Part shown: in pieces, positions 44,047 to 56,567 of the stretch
Position numbering within the stretch: position 1 is the first letter of the stretch
Layout of the letters: the number at the start of each line of letters is the position of its first letter
Assembly: GCA_964016885.1 (NCBI GenBank)
Contig: OZ024754.1
Location: 25,358,001-25,422,000 of the forward strand
Length of the DNA: 64,000 nucleotides
Reading direction: 5' to 3'
From: Eledone cirrhosa
Lineage: Eukaryota
Notes under the pieces: generated by a model
What the model was told of the DNA's origin: nothing
What the model saw: only the letters and a program-made list of their open reading frames with translations
The model's database searches: none
Made by a program: the position numbers and the translations under genes

Positions 44047-46198
44047 ATGCGAAAACACAAGATCGACTTCTCTACCAAGAACATCCCAATCCCACCGAAA
44101 AAACTTTACCTTCGGATGCTCCCGCAAAAAATCTATCTATTTGCGAAAAGACTTAGATGGAGAACTTTTTTCTACGACAGATTTTGCGACAATCAGGACT
44201 TCGGTACCAAGGAGAGATTCGGATTTATTACCTACAAATCTCCCCCCCCCGAACCCTTTGCTCTCACCCTTCGAAAATGACCTCTTCCAACTGGTCAATA
44301 ACCTTAAATTCAAACCCAGACACAACCGATTCCTACAAAAACTCCGTAGCAACTTAACAGAGTATGATAACACCAATGACATCATGGTGCATTCGGATAA
44401 AACTGGGAACCTATAATTTGTCAACCCCGACAGATGCCATACACTGATCAGGAGCAGACTAAACTCCACCTATAAAACCGCTAACCACTCATGCATCGAG
44501 GACATTAATCGAGATGGACAACAAATTACCTCCAGCCTCGGGGTCGCCGACCGCACCGAACCCCTAGACCCGCGGACACCCTACTTCAGACTGAAGGACC
44601 ACAAATCCGATTTCGACCGTAAACCATCTATCAGGCTTATAAACCCAACGAAGTCCGACATAGGGAGAATCAGCAAAAAAATCCTAGACAGCGTGATACC
44701 AAAAGTCAAGCAACACGCCCGACTTAGCCTATGGATCAACACCCAGGAAGTTATCTCATGGTTCAGCAATATGGAGGATAAACGAGACACTAAATTTATC
44801 CAGTTCGACATAGAGAGCTACTATGCTTCAATCACCTTACCGCTACTTACTGCCGCCTTGGACTTCGCCGAAGCACTTGTGCCCATCACCGACCAGGAAA
44901 GGAAAATCATCCTCCACGCCAGGAAGACAGTCTTACTCTTTGACAACTCCAAATGGATAAAAAGAGCTCCCGACTCACCCTTCGACGTCAGCATGGGCGC
45001 TACGGATTCGGCGGAGGTCACAGATATTATAGGATTATTCCTTATAGCCAAACTCACCGATGTGTTTCCTGCTTTCGGTGGTGGATTGTACCGTGATGAT
45101 GGGCTCCTTACCCTTAAAGGGTACAACCCCAGTAGTACAGATCGGGTCCGTAAACAATTAATCAGCTTCTTCCGCGACTGGGGATTTAAAATAACCCTAC
45201 AAACGTCCCTGACCCGAGTTAATTTCCTGGACGTTACCCTCGATCTGAATAATGACCTGTACTACCCATACAGGAAACCCAATGACAACCTGCACTACAT
45301 CCACCACCGATCTAACCATCCTAGGAACATCACCAACAACCTGGTCAAAAACATCTCCCTCCGCATATCCCGTTTGTCAGCTAATGAGAAGATATTCGAT
45401 GAACATGCGCCTTACTACAACCAGGCCCTCAAGCGGAGTGGTTTCCGGGAGGAAATATCCTACTGTCCAGCTCCCATTAGCGGAACCAGCAGGCGACACC
45501 GCCGCTCACGCAATGTAACATGGTTCAATCCTCCCCACAACGCCGAGGTGACAACTCCCATCGGGAAAATTTTCTTTAGGCTCATTGAAAAACACTTCCC
45601 ACCACAACACCGCTACCACAACATAAATAACAAAAATACCATCTCTTACAGCACTACACCTAACTTCGCACAAAACATCGTCTCCTCCAACAACAAAAAA
45701 CTCAACCCCGATGGAAGAAACAACCTAAATAGCAGTGGAGAGCCGACCAGGAGGTGCAACTGTCCTGATAGATCCAGTTGCCCCATCGAAACCAGATGCA
45801 GAGACCGTGATGTGATCTACCAGTGCAACGTGAGCACGGACACCTCCAACAAAGCTTATATAGGATTAACCGCATGGGACTTCAAGACCCGGCTATACCA
45901 ACACAGACATACCTTCCGAAACCCGGCCCGGCGTCACGCCACTACACTTTCGGGTCACATATGGGATCTCAAGGACAACAACATCAACTATGATCTCACT
46001 TGGAAATTACTGTCCAGAGCCAACTCTTACACGGGAGGACGCCGTCCGTGCAATTTATGCTCGGAGGAAACTTTACAAATGCTGTTTTCGACGGACCAAC
46101 TCCTAAACAAGAAAGATGAACTGGTTACTGCATGTAAACACCGATTACGTAGGACTTACCTCGCCCTCAAACCCCATAATGACCGGGGGGGGGGCTAG
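44047..46198 (+). pseudogene. PLE family A polyprotein (RT + C-terminal GIY-YIG), near-intact; probably Hydra-clade-like
   Basis: Starts MRKHKIDFSTKNIPIP...RLRWRTFF, has a -1 shift at the poly-C run (~44250) and an in-frame TAA after DKTGNL (44414-16). It is then open to 46198 with FDIESYYASI, SMGA, YRDD, FLDV, WFNPP, CNC-x5-CP, VIY..YIG, CNLC and CKH. The clade call is from recalled motifs only. Confidence 0.93.
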
Positions 46199-47135
46199 AC
46201 TAGGACTATAACACCCCACTTGCCTATTTTGTAATGGGTAACCCCTGCTTGCCAATGGAGACGTAAGATCTTCTTTTACATTCTTTTATCGCTTCCTCTA
46301 TATTTCCTCCTTCCCCCATCCCTCCCTAGTCCTTCTACCCCAGTTCCTTTTCTTTGTCGTCGTCTTTTTCTCGCCCACCCGAGGTAGCCCCTCGGTCCCT
46401 TGTAGCTTCAGCACCCCACGCCCTCCCCTATTCTATGATAGATTTGGCTGACTCCGCTTTTTATAGCAGAGGTGTTAGACTTCGGATACTTGCCCCCTTC
46501 TCCGACCGCTGTTCCTTTTTTCCGTGCCTTCTATATTTCCTAGTGGCATATTTTTTTAAAATTTATTTGTCTATTCTTTTATTCACTTATTTGTTTATTT
46601 ATTTATTTATGTATTTCTTTAGCCTAGTAATAGAGAGAGACTTAAGTCTTAGTAACCAGACTTTGCTTTTTTTTTTCTCTCTCAGTACTTTTTATAGTTT
46701 TACCCTTCATTGTTCTACTTACCGTTTCGACTCCGCCCCCTCCCCAGTATCCTCTTTGACCTCACGCCCAGCTGTAGCCGGCACTACCAACGCATGAATA
46801 GGTCTACTCCACCCCCTCTACCTATTTCTCCTACCGGCAGGTTTAGCTACCCCTTCCCCCACCAATTTGCCATCACAGATTTACTACTAACTTGTAATGT
46901 GACCAATCCTGGTGATTATCTCTTTGACCATATATGGAATTACCCCTTGATAAGCTCGGCTATTTAAATACCAGAATAAATTTTCATTCAGTCCAGAATT
47001 AGCCCGTAAAAGTGGGGGGTAGGTGTTATCTGGTGTTAGAACTGGTTTTGTGTGTGTATGTGTGAGAGAGAATAAGTGGAGGTGTAAGCGTGTGTGTGTG
47101 GGGGGGGGGGTGTAAATATGGGGCTAGAGGCCCTA

Positions 47136-48407
47136 TCAGGTTATAAATTGGGTGTTGAGCTCTAGTCTATTATTGATTGGTGGAAGTGTTTTATCTATAA
47201 TAAGTGCTTCCTTAATTCTAAGATTGCCGAGGTTTCTTTCCTTAGTTTCTATCCTAACTGTTATGTTTTTATCGGTGTTTTTGCATTTAACTAGGTGTTT
47301 CTTAAATGAGGAAGCGTTAGTATTGAGGTGTTCTTTTATTCTTATGTGGAGTGGTCTGGTGGTGCTACCTACGTAGAAATTGTTGCATTTGTCACACTCT
47401 AGTCTGTATACTACGTAAGCCTGGTGGCATAGGTCTGTGTCGTTGATGGGGCAGTTGGCTAGTCTGCAGCAGTTGTCATGTCTGGTGGAGTGTCTCTTGG
47501 CCAGCCGTCCGCGCAGAGAAGGACCCGAGTGGGCCAGTTGGATATCCAGTCCCTCTCGTCTGATGGCTCTGCGGATGGCTGTTGTTGTTTCTTCACTGAA
47601 GTGTGGGAGCTTCAGGAAGCAAGTGTTAGTGCCTCGGGTGTGGTTTCCTCTGTTCTTTCTGGCACGGTTTGTGGTGGATGTCGTGTATCCGTTCAGTTTG
47701 AGTACTTCCAGGAAATGTGTGGTGTGTGTGTCTCGGTCTCTGGCGTCGGTGCATTTGTTCTTGATACGTGCCAGTTCGTTCTTTATGTATCCGAACTTGG
47801 CACCGAGTGGGAGGGCCGATCTGAAATGTACGAACAGGTCCCTGCTGGCGGATTTTTTATAGAAGCAGGTGTGGATGTTGCCTTCCTCTGTTACCCTGAG
47901 TTGGAAGTCCAGTAGGGATAGGGATCCGCGGTCATCGGGGTATTCCATGCTGAACTTTATACTGGCGTCCATGCTGGAGAATGTTGTGTATATTTTCTCT
48001 GCCTCCTCACGGGATGATGTAAGGATGAGTATGTCATCTACATATCGGGTGAAGAAGGTATGGGAATGGCAGGTGTTGAGGGCTCGGCATTCTAGCTGGT
48101 TCATGTAGGTGATGGCCAGCAGGCCAGAAAGGCTGGATCCCATGGGTAATCCTGTTGTCTGTCTGTATGTGTGGTGGTGGAAGGTGAAGTACGTGTTGTC
48201 TACTGTGAAGGACAAAAGCTGGTGTATGTCCGTCGGGTGGAGGCCGTAGCAGTGGATGTTCTCTGCGACCACGCAGTCCGTCAATAAATCGACAGCTGGG
48301 TGAGTGGGGACTGTAGTGTAGAGGGAGACAACGTCGAGGCTAAAAGCGTATTTATTTAGTTTAAGTTGTTCTGGCTGGAGTTGGTGTAGTCTACGTATAA
48401 CTTCCAG
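47136..48407 (-). CDS. PLE family B RT + GIY-YIG, 5'-truncated but uninterrupted reading frame (possibly Nematis-like)
   Basis: The frame is open upstream of the listed ORF (LEVIRR...SLDVVSLYT). Motifs include GLPMGSSLS, RYVDDIL, LLDF, a Cys-rich linker and VVYRLECDKC..YVGSTTR..RIKEH..H (CCHH). Confidence 0.9.
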   Translation of the reverse strand: MEVIRRLHQLQPEQLKLNKYAFSLDVVSLYTTVPTHPAVDLLTDCVVAENIHCYGLHPTDIHQLLSFTVDNTYFTFHHHTYRQTTGLPMGSSLSGLLAITYMNQLECRALNTCHSHTFFTRYVDDILILTSSREEAEKIYTTFSSMDASIKFSMEYPDDRGSLSLLDFQLRVTEEGNIHTCFYKKSASRDLFVHFRSALPLGAKFGYIKNELARIKNKCTDARDRDTHTTHFLEVLKLNGYTTSTTNRARKNRGNHTRGTNTCFLKLPHFSEETTTAIRRAIRREGLDIQLAHSGPSLRGRLAKRHSTRHDNCCRLANCPINDTDLCHQAYVVYRLECDKCNNFYVGSTTRPLHIRIKEHLNTNASSFKKHLVKCKNTDKNITVRIETKERNLGNLRIKEALIIDKTLPPINNRLELNTQFIT

Positions 48408-48455
48408 CTTTTTGCTCTTAAAGGGAGACTTCCAGCTTTTTCCTCTTAAAGGGAG
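48400..48455. repeat. 28-bp tandem duplication at the 5' truncation point of family B
   Basis: ACTTCCAGCTTTTTSCTCTTAAAGGGAG occurs twice. Confidence 0.9.
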
Positions 48456-48577
48456 ACTACTCTTTATCCACCTAATTTTAATTCTTTGATATTAGAGTTA
48501 GAACAGATACTCTATACTATTTCCGGTCAGCATGGCTTGGCTAGAGATTTAAGACGCTGGTTTGAGACCTTTATTTC

Positions 48578-48612
48578 CCTCCGAAGAAGAGATATTATCT
48601 CGAAAATTAAGG
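48578..48612 (+). ncRNA. Degenerate minimal hammerhead-like motif in an orphan pLTR-like fragment
   Basis: CCT-CCGAAGA-A-GAGAT ATT ATCTC-GAAA-AT-TA-AGG. It has a U4C core change and only a 3-bp helix I. Confidence 0.4.
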
Positions 48613-48726
48613 ACATTTAAATAAATTCAAGGTGAAAGACGAATTCTCAACAATATCTTTTACTATTGCATTCTCTTTTCTATGTCCATACCTGCATTGT
48701 TTTGGGCTTATTACACATATTCAAAC

Positions 48727-48730
<4 letters not shown>

Positions 48731-48805
<75 letters not shown>

Positions 48806-48833
48806 CATATATATATGTACAATATATATATAT
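48731..48833. repeat. Interrupted (TA)n microsatellite flanking PLE family C
   Basis: Directly visible. Confidence 0.95.
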
Positions 48834-48834
48834 G

Positions 48835-50706
48835 TACAATTAAAGAGGCTGATAAAGGGAGTACAGTAGTCCTAATGGAGACAGAATTCTATATCAACTT
48901 AGCGCTCTCCACTTTGGAAAACGAAACATACTACGAAAAGGCTGAACACTGCAATCAAAAGAAAATTATGAGAAACCTAAAAACTCTAATCAACCATTAC
49001 AAAGAAGGACTCACTAACAAGGAATTCAGCTTCATCACAGACTTTTCTACGGTATCCCTAAAGTACATAAAACCGAATCAATAAGTAAGGCATGCAAGGA
49101 AGCCACAGACATAGTCATCAATGTCCCCTCACCCAATGATCTCAAATTAAGACCTATAATAGCAGGCCCCGCTTGCGAAACGCACCGTCTTAGCAACTTC
49201 ATTGATATCCTTCTCAAACCCTTCCTCAAGCACATCAAAAGCTATATAAGGGACGACCTAGATATGCTCAATCACCTCCCTAATATGCCACTTTCTGAAC
49301 AAACCCTACTAGTGACGTTCGATGTAGTCAACCTATACTCCAACATCCCCCACAACCTAGGAATAGAAGCTATCCAATTCTGGCTGGATAATTTCCACAA
49401 TGAACTCCCACAACGCATCAAAAAAGAATTCGTGATAGAGGGACTCAAATTTATCTTGGAGAACAATTACTTCGTTTTCAATAACAAACCCTACAGGCAG
49501 AAATCTGGGACCGCTATGGGAACGAAACCAGCCCCCACTTATGCCAACCTAGTCATGGGATACCTGGAAATCACCCTCTACACTAAAGTCCTAAACAAAT
49601 TTGGAAACACCCCCCACTTACACATTGAAAGGAACTGGAAGCGATATCTAGATGATTGATTCATCCTTTGGCACGAAAACATCGAAAAACTTAATGAATT
49701 TCACACCCTTATAAATGGGCTCAACACAAATATTAACTTCACGATGGAATACAGCCATCAACAACTCCCCTTCCTCGACATCCTCATTAAGATCCATAAC
49801 AAAAAAATAGAAACAGACATATACTACAAGCCCACAGACTCCAAGCAATATCTCCCCTTCAACTCTTGCCACCCTAGACACGTTAAAATTAATATTCCCT
49901 ACAACTTAGCCAAGATAATCTGTACTATAGTCTCCAATAAAAACATCTGCTACTTACGGCTACAAGAACTAAAGGACACACTCATAGGCAGGGACTACCC
50001 TGCATCACTAATTGACAATGGAATCCAACGTGCCCTAAAACTCAGTACCCAGGACCTTAGACACCCTAAAGTAAATCAACCAAAACTAAAAGCTCTTCCA
50101 TACATCTCCACACACAACCTCCTCAACAATGAGGCCTTTGACACCATCCCCCAGAACATCCCTGTATTGAAAAAGGACCATAGAATGATCCAAATTCTAC
50201 GAACAAACGATATCATAAAGAGCAAAAGACAATCCAAGTCAATGAAAAACATCTTAACACATGCCAAAGTACTGCCAACCACAACAACGAAACCCACAGT
50301 AAAAAAATGCGATAGACCCAACTGTGGAATTTGCATCAACCTAATAGAGGGTCCGGAATTCTATTTCAAAGATGGACAACGTTTTACAGTAAAACACAAT
50401 TTCACATGTGCATCGGAAATACTAATATATGTATTAACTTGTTCAGGTTGTCGAGAACAATACATAGGCCAGACCAAACACAGCCTCCGCCAACGCATGA
50501 CTGTCCATAGATCCCAAATCAAAATACGGAAATACAGGAAAATACCACTGAGTGAACACATTGATACCTGTGCCGCCCAAAATCATCCCAACTTCAGAAT
50601 CTTTCCCCTCTACAAATTTAAAGATAATGCCACCCACACCCAGCGCATCAGCAAGGAATCTTACTTCATTAACAAATACGGACCCCGTCTAAACACTTCT
50701 CCCTAA
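48835..50706 (+). pseudogene. PLE family C RT + GIY-YIG, 5'-truncated and disrupted (Neptune-like)
   Basis: Motifs are [49 protein letters not shown], a CDRPNCGIC linker and LIYVLTCSGC..YIGQT. There is a frameshift/deletion at ~49045 and an in-frame TGA at 49657-59. Confidence 0.92.
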
Positions 50707-50846
50707 GACGAACCCACAACATACACACGTCAACATACATACCTACATCAGCACACATCTCTACCCACATATAAACACAATGACATACGTAAACACACAT
50801 GCTCTATGGTGCAACACAAAAAAATATATGTGCATATATATGTGTA

Positions 50847-50852
<6 letters not shown>

Positions 50853-50920
<68 letters not shown>
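50853..50920. repeat. (TA)n microsatellite after the family C 3' UTR
   Basis: Directly visible. Confidence 0.95.
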
Positions 50921-50924
<4 letters not shown>

Positions 50925-51069
50925 ATATATGTGTGTGTATATATATATAGTGAATATCATTTCATACCTTTTATTGTTAAGATTTTTGATGTTCTATTAA
51001 GAGAACCGATTTTACTGAAAAAATCGAATAATGTACACCATTTTACCAGTGGGAAAAAAATACTGGTCC

Positions 51070-51150
51070 ACCCACACACAAACACACACACGCACACACA
51101 TATATATACACACACACATACACACGCGTACATCAACATACAAAGAGACT

Positions 51151-51227
<77 letters not shown>

Positions 51228-51412
51228 ACACACACACACACCCACCCCCACACACACACACACACACACACACGCACTTCTCCGTATAAGACAAAAGCTG
51301 AAAAATATCTTTTGACATGCTAAAATACCCACCATTGCTTTCAGACACATTCATACTGACCATCCCTGCCACCACAAATTACTCTGCTTTACACACACAC
51401 ACACACACACAC
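51070..51412. repeat. (CA)n microsatellite cluster
   Basis: Long CA runs at ~51153-51272 and ~51390-51412. Confidence 0.95.
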
Positions 51413-52224
51413 AGAGCCACTTTTTTAACATAAAAACAGTCTTGGCGCATAATCAATTTTTTACATTCACATGACCTCTACCGACCAATCAAAATTGTTT
51501 TGACCACAAGAACTTTTGCAAATTGGAGCCACTTTTTTAACATAAAAACAGGTAGAATTCCCAAAACTAATCAGATCAGAGCAAACAGCACGGACACTCT
51601 ATCTCAAAATTATTTTTGAAAAGCATTAAGAAATGCGCAACCGGTAAAAACTTAAAAACTTAAAACCACAACTGAATACTAACCCATACAATCACTAATA
51701 CTCACAATTCCTAATTAAACCATTTTTCAACTGTGAACAATTTGTCAGCATTTTCTATTCCGTTTACCAATATATATATATATATATATATATACATACA
51801 GTCACACATATATATATATTACGTATCAGTTTAGCGAACATTGATTATAATGCTCGCTTTGTCCATTTGTAAACAAACGGACAGCCTGGTTATGCCGTAC
51901 GGTGTTAAGGCAACCACGTCACCTTTTTGTTCAACACCGACACAGGAACGATGTACTAGTTTCAAGCTTGTTAGATATCATCAGCACCGTATACCCTTCT
52001 GCCAGATGGTTGAACGTTCGAAAGTATATACTTTCCTTATGAAAATTAACGGCTGAGCAGACTAATTTGCATATCGAGTGAGTTCAGTCGGCCAGGCGCA
52101 CCGAAAACGATAAAATGGAATAGAATGAAATGAAATTTCATTTCTCACTCTTAGTACGGCACTTACTTAAACGTAAGTATGTATGTATACGTAAATACAT
52201 ATATTCATACAGACGTACATTAGC

Positions 52225-52305
<81 letters not shown>

Positions 52306-53190
52306 CAGGCACACATATATATATGTACGTATCAGTTTAGCAAACATTTATTATAATGCTCGCTTTGTCCGTTTGTAAACAAACGGACAGCCTGATTTAT
52401 GCCGTACGGTGTTAAGCCAACCACGTCACCTTTTTGTTCAACACTGAAACAGGAACGATGTACTAGTTTCAAGTTTGTTAGCTATCGTCAGCACCGTATA
52501 CCCTTCTGCCAGATCGTTGAACGTTCGAAAGTATATACTTTCCTTATGAAAATTAACGGCTGAGCAGCCTAATTTGCATATCGAGTGAGTTCAGTCGGCC
52601 AGGTGCACCGAAAATGATAAAATGGAACAGAATGAAATGAAATTTCATTTCTCACTCTTAGTACGGCACTTACTTAAATGTAAGTATGTATGTATACGTA
52701 CATACATATATGCATACAGACGTACAGTAGCATGTATATATATATATATATATATATATACATAAAGGCACACATATATATATGTACGTATCAGTTTAGC
52801 GAACATTTATTATAATGCTCGCTTTGTCCGTTTGTAAACAAACGGACAGCCTGTTTTATGCCGTACGGTGTTAAGGCAACAACGTCACCTTTATGTTCAA
52901 CACTGACACAGGAACGATGTACTAGATTCAAGCTTGTTAGCTATCGTCAGCACCGTATACCCTTCTGCCAGATGGTTGAACGTTCGAAAGTATATACTTT
53001 CCTTATGAAAATTAACGGTTGAGCAGCCTAATTTGCATATCGAGTGAGTTCAGTCGGCCAGGCGCACGGAAAACGATAAAATGGAATAGAATGAAATGAA
53101 ATGAAATTTCTGACTCTTAGTACGGCACTTACTTAAATGTAAGTATGTATGTATACGTACATACATATATGCATACAGACGTACAGTAGC

Positions 53191-53269
<79 letters not shown>

Positions 53270-53311
53270 CAGGCACTCATATATATATATTACGTATCAG
53301 TTTAGCGAACA

Positions 53312-53402
53312 GTTTAGATGCAGGATATGGCAGCGATAATGAGGGACAGAGACCGCTGGAGAGAACTCGTCCATGGATCTCGGGAATTTTACCCGCCTTA
53401 GA
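53312..53402. other. 91-bp foreign, relatively GC-rich insert in right-array monomers (6 copies)
   Basis: GTTTAGATGCAGGATATGGC...CCCGCCTTAGA at 53312, 53991, 57070, 57747, 61785 and 62442. It is absent from the left array. Confidence 0.92.
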
Positions 53403-53556
53403 GATATATATATAGATATATACATACAGGCACACATATATATATGTACGTATCAGTTTAGCGAACATTTATTATAATGCTCGCTTTGTCCGTTTGTAAA
53501 CAAACGGTCAGCCTGATTTATGCCGTACGGTGTTAAGGCAACCACGTCACCTTTTT

Positions 53557-53643
53557 GTTCAACACTGACACAGGAACGATGTACTAGTTTCAAGCTTGTT
53601 AGCTATCGTCAGCACCGTATACCCTTCTGCCAGATGGTTGAAC
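53557..53643 (-). ncRNA. Type I hammerhead ribozyme, representative copy in the right array
   Basis: Reverse complement of the 5812-5898 motif, including the extended helix I. Confidence 0.8.
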
Positions 53644-53863
53644 GTTCGAAAGTATATACTTTCCTTATGAAAATTTACGGTTGAGCAGCTAATTTGCATA
53701 TCGAGTGAGTTCAGTCGGCCAGGCGCACGGAAAACGATAAAATGGAATAGAATGAAATGAAATGAAATTTCTGACTCTTAGTACGGCACTTACTTAAATG
53801 TAAGTATGTATGTATACGTACATACATATATGCATACAGACGTACAGTAGCATGTATATATAT

Positions 53864-53948
<85 letters not shown>

Positions 53949-54529
53949 CAGGCACACATATATATATATTACGTATCAGTTTAGCGAACAGTTTAGATGC
54001 AGGATATGGCAGCGATAATGAGGGACAGAGACCGCTGGAGAGAACTCGTCCATGGATCTCGGGAATTTTACCCGCCTTAGATATATATATATATATATAT
54101 ACATACAGGCACACATATATATATGTACGTATCAGTTTAGCGAACATTTATTATAATGCTCGCTCTGTCCGTTTGTAAACAAACGGACAGCCTGATTTAT
54201 GCCGTACGGTGTTAAGGCAACCACGTCACCTTTTTGTTCAACACTGACACAGGAACGATGTACTAGTTTCAAGCTTGTTAGCTATCGTCAGCACCGTATA
54301 CCCTTCTGCCAGATGGTTGAACGTTCGAAAGTATATACTTTCCTTATGAAAATTTTCGGTTGAGCAGCCTAATTTGCATATCGAGTGAGTTCAGTCGGCC
54401 AGGCGCACGGAAAACGATAAAATGGAATAGAATGAAATGAAATGAAATTTCTGACTCTCAGTACGGCACTCACTTAAATGTAAGTATGTATGTATACGTA
54501 CATACATATATGCATACAGACGTACAGTA

Positions 54530-54624
<95 letters not shown>

Positions 54625-55500
54625 CATACAGGCACACATATATATATATTACGTATCAGTTTAGCAAACATTTATTATAATGCTCGCTTTGTCCGTTTGT
54701 AAACAAACGGACAGACTGATTTATGCCGTACGGTGTTAAGCCAACCACGTCACCTTTTTGTTCAACACTGAAAAAGGAAAGATGTACTAGTTTCAAGTTT
54801 GTTAGCTATCGGCAGCACCGTATACCCTTCTGCCAGATCGTTGAACGTTCGAAAGTATATACTTTCCTTATGAAAATTAACGGCTGAGCAGCCTAATTTG
54901 CATATCGAGTGAGTTCAGTCGGCCAGGTGCACCGAAAATGATAAAATGGAACAGAATGAAATGAAATTTCATTTCTCACTCTTAGTACGGCACTTACTTA
55001 AATGTAAGTATGTATGTATACGTACATACATATATGCATACAGACGTACAGTAGCATGTATATATATATACATAAAGGCACACATATATATATGTACGTA
55101 TCAGTTTAGCGAACATTTATTATAATGCTCGCTTTGTCCGTTTGTAAACCAACGGACAGCCTTATTTATTCCGTACGGTGTTAAGGCAACAGCGTCACCT
55201 TTATGTTCAACACTGACACAGGAACGATGTACTAGTTTCAAGCTTGTTAGCTATCGTCAGCACCGTATACCCTTCTGCCAGATGGTTGAACGTTCGAAAG
55301 TATATACTTTCCTTATGAAAATTAAAGGTTGAGCAGCCTAATTTGCATATCGAGTGAGTTCAGTCGGCCAGGCGCACCGAAAACGATAAAATGGAATAGA
55401 ATGAAATGAAATGAAATTTTTGACTCTTAGTACGGCACTTACTTAAATGTAAGTATGTATGTATACGTACATACATATATACATACAGACGTACAGTAGC

Positions 55501-55605
<105 letters not shown>

Positions 55606-56031
55606 CAGTCACACATATATATATATTACGTATCAGTTTAGCGAACATTGATTATAATGCTCGCTTTGTCCATTTGTAAACAAACGGACAGCCTGGTTAT
55701 GCCGTACGGTGTTAAGGCAACCACGTCACCTTTTTGTTCAACACCGACACAGGAACGATGTACTAGTTTCAAGCTTGTTAGATATCATCAGCACCGTATA
55801 CCCTTCTGCCAGATGGTTGAACGTTCGAAAGTATATACTTTCCGTATGAAAATTAACGGCTGAGCAGACTAATTTGCATATCGAGTGAGTTCAGTCGGCC
55901 AGGCGCACCGAAAACGATAAAATGGAATAGAATGAAATGAAATGAAATTTCTCACTCTTAGTACGGCACTTACTTAAACGTAAGTATGTATGTATACGTA
56001 AATACATATATTCATACAGACGTACATTAGC

Positions 56032-56072
<41 letters not shown>

Positions 56073-56498
56073 CAGGCACACATATATATATGTACGTATC
56101 AGTTTAGCGAACATTTATTATAATGCTCGCTTTGTCCGTTTGTAAACAAACGGACTGCCTGATTTATGCCGTACGGTGTTAAGGCAACCACGTCACCTTT
56201 TTGTTCAACACTGACACAGGAACGATGTACTAGTTTCAAGCTTGTTAGCTATCGTCAGCACCGTATACCCTTCTGCCAGATGGTTGAACGTTCGAAAGTA
56301 TATACTTTCCTTATGAAAATTTACGGTTGAGCAGCCTAATTTGCATATCGAGTGAGTTCAGTCGGCCAGGCGCACGGAAAACGATAAAATGGAATAGAAT
56401 GAAATGAAATGAAATTTCTGACTCTTAGTACGGCACTTACTTAAATGTAAGTATGTATGTATACGTACATACATATATGCATACAGACGTACAGTAGC

Positions 56499-56567
<69 letters not shown>

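Larger units (their letters stand above)
43115..47004 (+). mobile_element. PLE family A inverted copy (partial pLTR + ORF + internally deleted, truncated pLTR)
   Basis: Reverse complement of the minus-strand units. The junction has GA microhomology at 43115-43116. There is a ~430-bp UTR deletion at ~46549, and the copy ends inside the hammerhead at 47004. Confidence 0.92.

Noticed and set aside
44693-50706. Telomerase, group II intron or bacterial retron RT, or an LTR element
   Set aside because: RT followed by a C-terminal GIY-YIG with pLTRs is diagnostic of PLEs. There is no gag, protease, integrase or telomeric repeat.
50931-51375. HTHTHT and VCVCVC ORFs
   Set aside because: Translations of the (CA)n microsatellite.
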